A stretch of 43,440 nucleotides of DNA. It comes from Escherichia coli. Lineage in GTDB: Bacteria > Pseudomonadota > Gammaproteobacteria > Enterobacterales > Enterobacteriaceae. The notes beneath the pieces are model-generated. The model made no database searches and was not told where the DNA came from. It saw only the letters and a list, made by a program, of their open reading frames with translations. Below are positions 39,312 to 43,440 of the stretch, piece by piece; within the stretch, counting starts at the first letter, position 1, and the number at the start of each line of letters is the position of its first letter. The DNA lies in NCBI RefSeq assembly GCF_003334255.1, contig NZ_QOWU01000048.1; one strand, written 5' to 3'. Position numbers and translations under genes: made by a program.

Positions 39312-39539
39312 CTAAAGTTCTTTAAATGTTGACTCGCTCTCTTCGGTCACCTCCCTGAATATTTCTTCGTTATAGAAATCAGGAAATCGTTTCAGATGAT
39401 CTCTGAGACGGATCTGGACTTCTATCGTTTTACTTCTTCCACTACGATCTTTGGCCTTAATAAGTCGGTTATTTGTATCTTCATCGAGATACACCGAGAC
39501 CGTTCTGCTTATACCGCCTCTCGCGTTACGCCTCCTCAC
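39312..39539 (-). CDS. traY: TraY ribbon-helix-helix oriT-binding protein, 75 aa
   Basis: 75 aa, basic, R100-type TraY-like sequence (MRRRNARGGISRTVSVYLDEDTNNRLIKAKDRSGRSKTIEV...). Confidence 0.85.
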   Translation of the reverse strand: MRRRNARGGISRTVSVYLDEDTNNRLIKAKDRSGRSKTIEVQIRLRDHLKRFPDFYNEEIFREVTEESESTFKEL

Positions 39540-39632
39540 TCAATTCACCTCTGTTTCCCGACTAATAAAATTATGATTGCACAGAAACCGACGAAAAAAA
39601 ACACGCCAAAATTGGCGTGTCTTATTTAACAT

Positions 39633-40319
39633 TTACTTAACGCTATAAAATTCACGAATTATATTTAATAGCGAATCTATTTCCCCTTTATAGATACATG
39701 ACACTCTGAATAAATCAAAGTGTTCAAAAAATTCTTTTATTTTCCGTTTAACTGGTTTAATTCGATCCTCAGATGCTCTGTCTGTAATACCCAATTCTCT
39801 GGCAATTGTTGCATGACCAACACCCAGCATATAAAAAGAGAAAACAAGCAATGTCCCGGGGGAAAGATCATTCCATATCGTTAATTTGTCAGAAGTATTT
39901 GTATTACTTCCACTCTGATTTAACGCAAAAAATGGATAATCAGGAAACGGATTAATTTGCCATAAAACAACAGATTCGTCATTATAAAAAGAAACATTCT
40001 CCATCCTTATCTGATAGATTTCGCCATGAAAATTAAAACGACGACAAAATGCAGAGCCATGTCCAAGAGCCTGGCATTCCAGTTCAAGTGATGAAAGAAA
40101 AATTTCAACCTGCAGACGTATATAACTCTCTCCGGATAAGGGTTTATCTTCTCTGGAAAAGAGTTCAATAAAAGCCCCATTGGCATAAAGGATTTTCCGG
40201 TTTTTGTTACGGACACAAACCGGAACGGGAGAATTTCTGTAGATATTCTGAACGTTAAGGATGTATTTATTTACAGATTGACTGTTAAGTGGCCTTTCTC
40301 TACGATCCAGCGCACACAT
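39633..40319 (-). CDS. traJ: TraJ transcriptional activator of the tra operon, about 228 aa
   Basis: Start trimmed to the ATG at 40319 ([14 protein letters not shown]...), which has a GGAGG RBS at 5-nt spacing. C-terminal helix-turn-helix-like segment '[20 protein letters not shown]'. ORF-track start at 40379 runs into the finP/leader region. Confidence 0.8.
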   Translation of the reverse strand: MCALDRRERPLNSQSVNKYILNVQNIYRNSPVPVCVRNKNRKILYANGAFIELFSREDKPLSGESYIRLQVEIFLSSLELECQALGHGSAFCRRFNFHGEIYQIRMENVSFYNDESVVLWQINPFPDYPFFALNQSGSNTNTSDKLTIWNDLSPGTLLVFSFYMLGVGHATIARELGITDRASEDRIKPVKRKIKEFFEHFDLFRVSCIYKGEIDSLLNIIREFYSVK

Positions 40320-40395
40320 AGGAACCTCCGTTAAGGATTCTATGGACAGTCGATGCAGGGAGGTCTGAACTCCCTGCATCGGCGATTTTCAGTTT
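40320..40395 (+). ncRNA. finP: FinP antisense RNA (approximate), complementary to the traJ leader
   Basis: Plus-strand perfect hairpin CGATGCAGGGAG-gtctgaa-CTCCCTGCATCG at about 40350-40381, followed by GCGATTTTC. Overlies the traJ RBS region on the opposite strand. Ends not mapped. Confidence 0.45.
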
Positions 40396-40509
40396 CAATT
40401 TTTAACGTGGCATTAACCACGTAATTAATATACTAATTATCTGACGTATTGTCATCTTTTTGAATCATAAAAATTCTTATATTTGAACCAACTCAAACTT
40501 CATTTTCAT

Positions 40510-40893
40510 TTATTCATCATCATTTTTTGGAAAAAACCGGTCCATCTCAACAGACACTTTCTCTCTGATATCGTCAACCATACTGGCATATTCAAACTTC
40601 GGGTTTCCGGAGACATGAGGACTGAGAGACTCAATACCTAAAATCTTTGCCACCGTTGACTGTGTTTTTACAACACATTCAAGAAGAAGTTTATTAAACT
40701 CTGTCTGGTTAAACGCAGACTCTTTACGCTCCATCTGTACATCATATACGCGAAGCCCCAATTCAAGAAGCATTGAAGCAGTTCCTGAAAGGCTTATATC
40801 TTTATCTCTTGCTCCCTCCTGACGACGCTTTTCAACAATCATGTTAATTTTTTCATGAACCTCATTACTGATATACAGATTTACTCTGGCCAT
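40510..40893 (-). CDS. traM: TraM relaxosome accessory/oriT-binding protein, 127 aa
   Basis: MARVNLYISNEVHEKINMIVEKRRQEGARDKDISLSGTASMLLELGLRV... closely matches F TraM. Confidence 0.9.
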   Translation of the reverse strand: MARVNLYISNEVHEKINMIVEKRRQEGARDKDISLSGTASMLLELGLRVYDVQMERKESAFNQTEFNKLLLECVVKTQSTVAKILGIESLSPHVSGNPKFEYASMVDDIREKVSVEMDRFFPKNDDE

Positions 40894-41307
40894 AAGACAG
40901 TACCTTTTATATTCTGAAATAAGTGTTTTATTTCATTTACTCATAGTTTGGTCTGAAAAAAGAAGAGCACCCCTAGCAGCGCCCCTAGGGTCATACTATA
41001 AAAAAACGCACGGCGCTGCTAGGGGCGGCCCTAATATATCCAAATGTTTTTCATAAAATTTGTCAGTACTGACCCTAACAAGGGTCGCCATAGGGTCGCC
41101 ATAGGGTCGTCAACGACCCTATTTAATAATGTAAAATAAATTAAAATACATTATTTAAAACATAAGCTAATGATTCAAAAAGCAAATCATCAAAAACTTG
41201 TTTTTGCGTGGGGTGTGGTGCTTTTGGTGGTGAGAACCACCAACCTGTTGAGCCTTTTTGTGGAGTGGGTTAAATTATTTACGGATAAAGTCACCAGAGG
41301 TGGAAAA
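40894..41307 (+). other. oriT: oriT (origin of transfer) with F-type nic sequence; nick predicted on the plus strand at about 41216/41217
   Basis: TTTGCGTGGGGTGT|GGTGCTTTTGGTGGTGAGAACCACCAACCTGTTGAGCC at about 41203-41250 matches the F nic region. Upstream lie inverted repeats (CCCCTAGCAGCGCC ... GGCGCTGCTAGGGG) and an AGGGTCGCCAT direct-repeat/palindrome cluster (41070-41121) between nic and traM. Confidence 0.8.
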
Positions 41308-41817
41308 ATGAAAAAATGGATGTTAGCCATCTGCCTGATGTTTATAAATGAGATCTGCCAGGCCACTGATTGCTTTGATCTTGCAGGCCGGGATTACAAA
41401 ATAGATCCTGATTTACTGAGAGCAATATCATGGAAAGAATCCCGTTACCGGGTTAATGCCATCGGTATTAATCCGGTAACGGGATATGGCAGCGGACTGA
41501 TGCAGGTAGATTCCCAGCATTTTAACGAACTGGCCCGCTACGGAATTAAGCCAGAACATCTGACAACAGATCCCTGCATGAACATTTATACCGGTGCTTA
41601 TTATCTGGCAATAGCATTTAAAAAATGGGGCGTCACCTGGGAGGCCGTTGGTGCATACAATGCAGGATTCAGGAAATCCGAACGCCAGAACCAGAGACGT
41701 CTTGCCTACGCATCAGAGGTTTACCGGATTTATACCGGGATAAAAAGCAGTAAAGGTATCCGGCTTCCGGCCACGAAGAAATCACTTCCGGAAATTAACA
41801 GCGTGCAGAATAATTAA
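41308..41817 (+). CDS. Gene X / orf169 lytic transglycosylase-like protein, 169 aa
   Basis: Start trimmed to [19 protein letters not shown] (signal peptide), giving exactly 169 aa. 'ISWKESRY', 'GLMQV' and 'AYNAG' are soluble lytic transglycosylase motifs. ORF-track start at 41170 would span the nic site and is rejected. Confidence 0.85.
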   Translation: MKKWMLAICLMFINEICQATDCFDLAGRDYKIDPDLLRAISWKESRYRVNAIGINPVTGYGSGLMQVDSQHFNELARYGIKPEHLTTDPCMNIYTGAYYLAIAFKKWGVTWEAVGAYNAGFRKSERQNQRRLAYASEVYRIYTGIKSSKGIRLPATKKSLPEINSVQNN

Positions 41818-42061
41818 TCTTACAGACATTGTCAGATACCGGTTATGCCGCAAAAGCAGCATGGAAGGCCACACACAAAAATATCATATGAGTGACAATA
41901 CTGACTGGCCGAAGCCCCGCGAAGCGGGAACCCATCTTATATATACCCGGTAACTGCGCAGCCTCCTGCCAGACCATTTTTCGCGGGCACAATATTTACA
42001 GACAACCGGAAAGCCGGTCGATGAAATTGAGGTATATCAGACGACACAGCAATGCCGAAAA

Positions 42062-42115
42062 ATGATAATATAAGTAAAGCCCCGAAAATTTTTTCGGGGC
42101 TTTACTTATATTATC
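42062..42115. terminator. Long perfect palindrome (about 25-bp arms), probable bidirectional terminator between convergent gene X and orf273
   Basis: GATAATATAAGTAAAGCCCCGAAAA tt TTTTCGGGGCTTTACTTATATTATC. GC-rich core stem flanked by A/T runs on both strands. Confidence 0.6.
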
Positions 42116-42935
42116 ATGACTTCCACTTTCTGAACTGTTCGGCAATCACCCATAACGCCTTGTTGATTCTTATATCACCATCAATACCTGTAATGGCTCT
42201 TGTCCTGGTATTTTTCCCGGAGGCACTTCGCCCCGATAATCCACCTTTTATCATATTCTCCTGAACCCGCTGCCAGGTTGTCCAGAGATCGTTCTGTTTG
42301 TCTTCCCGACGACGGGGAGTAATTATCTGTTCAGGTGTCACTGGCGTTTTATTTTCATCTTCATACCTGACCATCAGTGCAGCTCTGCCAAATAAATGTT
42401 GCTCGTCACTGTTAAGATGAATTTCTTTCATCGCCTCCATATTATCAGTGACCTTATCAAAGACACCGAGCACTTCATACGCTCCCTCGATAACCTGCCC
42501 GACAATATCACCTTTATGTGGAACGCGGATTTCGCCAAAATTATTTCCGCACACCAGGCCATTTGTGCAGACAAAACGAAAAATTCCGGGGATCATCTGA
42601 TAACTGGATGAACCATCATGTGAATTAAGCAGGATAATTTCAGGAACTTCCTGTCCGTTAATATGCCCTTCCCTGCGAAGACGTAACATATGTTTACTGT
42701 ATTCGCGACGTCCCAAATCACGAACCCGACTCTGACAGGCAAAGAATGGCTGGAAACCTTCATCACGTAACTTATTGATGATATTGATTGTTGGAATATA
42801 CGTATAACGTTCACTCCGGGACTCATGTTTATCACCGGAAAATACCGAAGGCACGAACTGCATTAATTCATCATCCGTTAAAGGACGTTCACGGCGGATG
42901 GAATTATACCGACCAAAACGGGAAGCTAATCGCAT
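42114..42935 (-). CDS. DUF932-family leading-region protein (F orf273-like), 273 aa
   Basis: Start trimmed to MRLASRFGRYNSIRRERPLTDDELMQF..., giving 273 aa. Position is the first leading-region gene after gene X, as in F. Family assignment is from memory. Confidence 0.65.
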   Translation of the reverse strand: MRLASRFGRYNSIRRERPLTDDELMQFVPSVFSGDKHESRSERYTYIPTINIINKLRDEGFQPFFACQSRVRDLGRREYSKHMLRLRREGHINGQEVPEIILLNSHDGSSSYQMIPGIFRFVCTNGLVCGNNFGEIRVPHKGDIVGQVIEGAYEVLGVFDKVTDNMEAMKEIHLNSDEQHLFGRAALMVRYEDENKTPVTPEQIITPRRREDKQNDLWTTWQRVQENMIKGGLSGRSASGKNTRTRAITGIDGDIRINKALWVIAEQFRKWKS

Positions 42936-43055
42936 AACAGCTACTCCTTTATGAAAGAATAAATTTAATAAAAAATTTTTCCGCTTAATATCATCCCCCC
43001 CCCGATCTCCATTAACAAGATTGCAACAATCAGGAGAGATATTCATCACATCCGG

Positions 43056-43343
43056 TCAGCAGATCGCCCGGATATCGAGGCCGGCACGCTTAATCTGACG
43101 CAGGAACTGTTTGAAGTGATCGACTTCCGCAATGTTGATATGGCGGAACTGCTTATCCACACCCTGACTGAGCGCGTAGCTATAACTGAAGGCCATCTTT
43201 TCCGGGTGGCTTTTGCGATATTTTTTCAGCTCAGTCAGGCTGCTGAATTCCAGGACGTCCCACTCTTCCCCGGTGTTTTTTTTCTTCCCGGCAACAAGAA
43301 GCGTGTACGACGCGGTGTTAACGTGGATATTTCGGGTACTCAT
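43056..43343 (-). CDS. Leading-region hypothetical protein (F orf95-like), 95 aa
   Basis: 95-aa ORF directly after orf273, matching the size and position of F leading-region orf95. Confidence 0.55.
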   Translation of the reverse strand: MSTRNIHVNTASYTLLVAGKKKNTGEEWDVLEFSSLTELKKYRKSHPEKMAFSYSYALSQGVDKQFRHINIAEVDHFKQFLRQIKRAGLDIRAIC

Positions 43344-43440
43344 CCTGCTTTCTCCTCTCTCTGGTTTTCAGCCCCCATCATCTGTTGAGTTTCGGGAGCC
43401 GCGGTTTTGACGTTTTGCGGGGACCTGCTCTTTGTTCCCT

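Noticed and set aside
41170-41307. Upstream extension of gene X to 215 aa
   Set aside because: The extension would be translated across the oriT nic site. The ATG at 41308 gives a signal peptide and the 169-aa product.

Overview
This window is a near-complete F-like (IncFII/RepFIIA-type) conjugative plasmid backbone, with almost every gene on the minus strand. Reading right to left: two leading-region genes (orf95, DUF932/orf273), gene X/orf169 (+ strand), oriT with an F-type nic sequence, then the transfer operon traM-traJ-traY-traA-traL-traE-traK-traB-traP-trbD-trbG-traV-traR-traC-trbI-traW-traU-[2-gene insertion]-trbC-traN-trbE-traF-trbA-traQ-trbB-trbJ-traH-traG-traS-traT-traD-traI-traX. 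After traX come an alpha/beta hydrolase, an intact finO, a secreted thermonuclease, an Hha/YmoA-family modulator and a membrane-anchored protein, then the RepFIIA replicon (repA2/copB, copA, tap, repA1, oriR), a CPBP-family membrane protease, pemI/pemK, and an AT-rich DUF262 gene at the left edge. The most interesting candidate for an undescribed system is a ~1 kb AT-rich two-gene cassette (small P-loop NTPase plus an unknown partner) inserted between traU and trbC inside the pilus-assembly operon. The DUF262 gene at the left edge is a second candidate defence-like cargo. All calls rest on reading the supplied ORF translations and sequence by eye against remembered F/R100 proteins; no searches were run. 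The ORF track starts ORFs at the most upstream ATG/GTG/TTG, so several starts were trimmed, and coordinates read directly from the sequence may be off by 1-2 nt.
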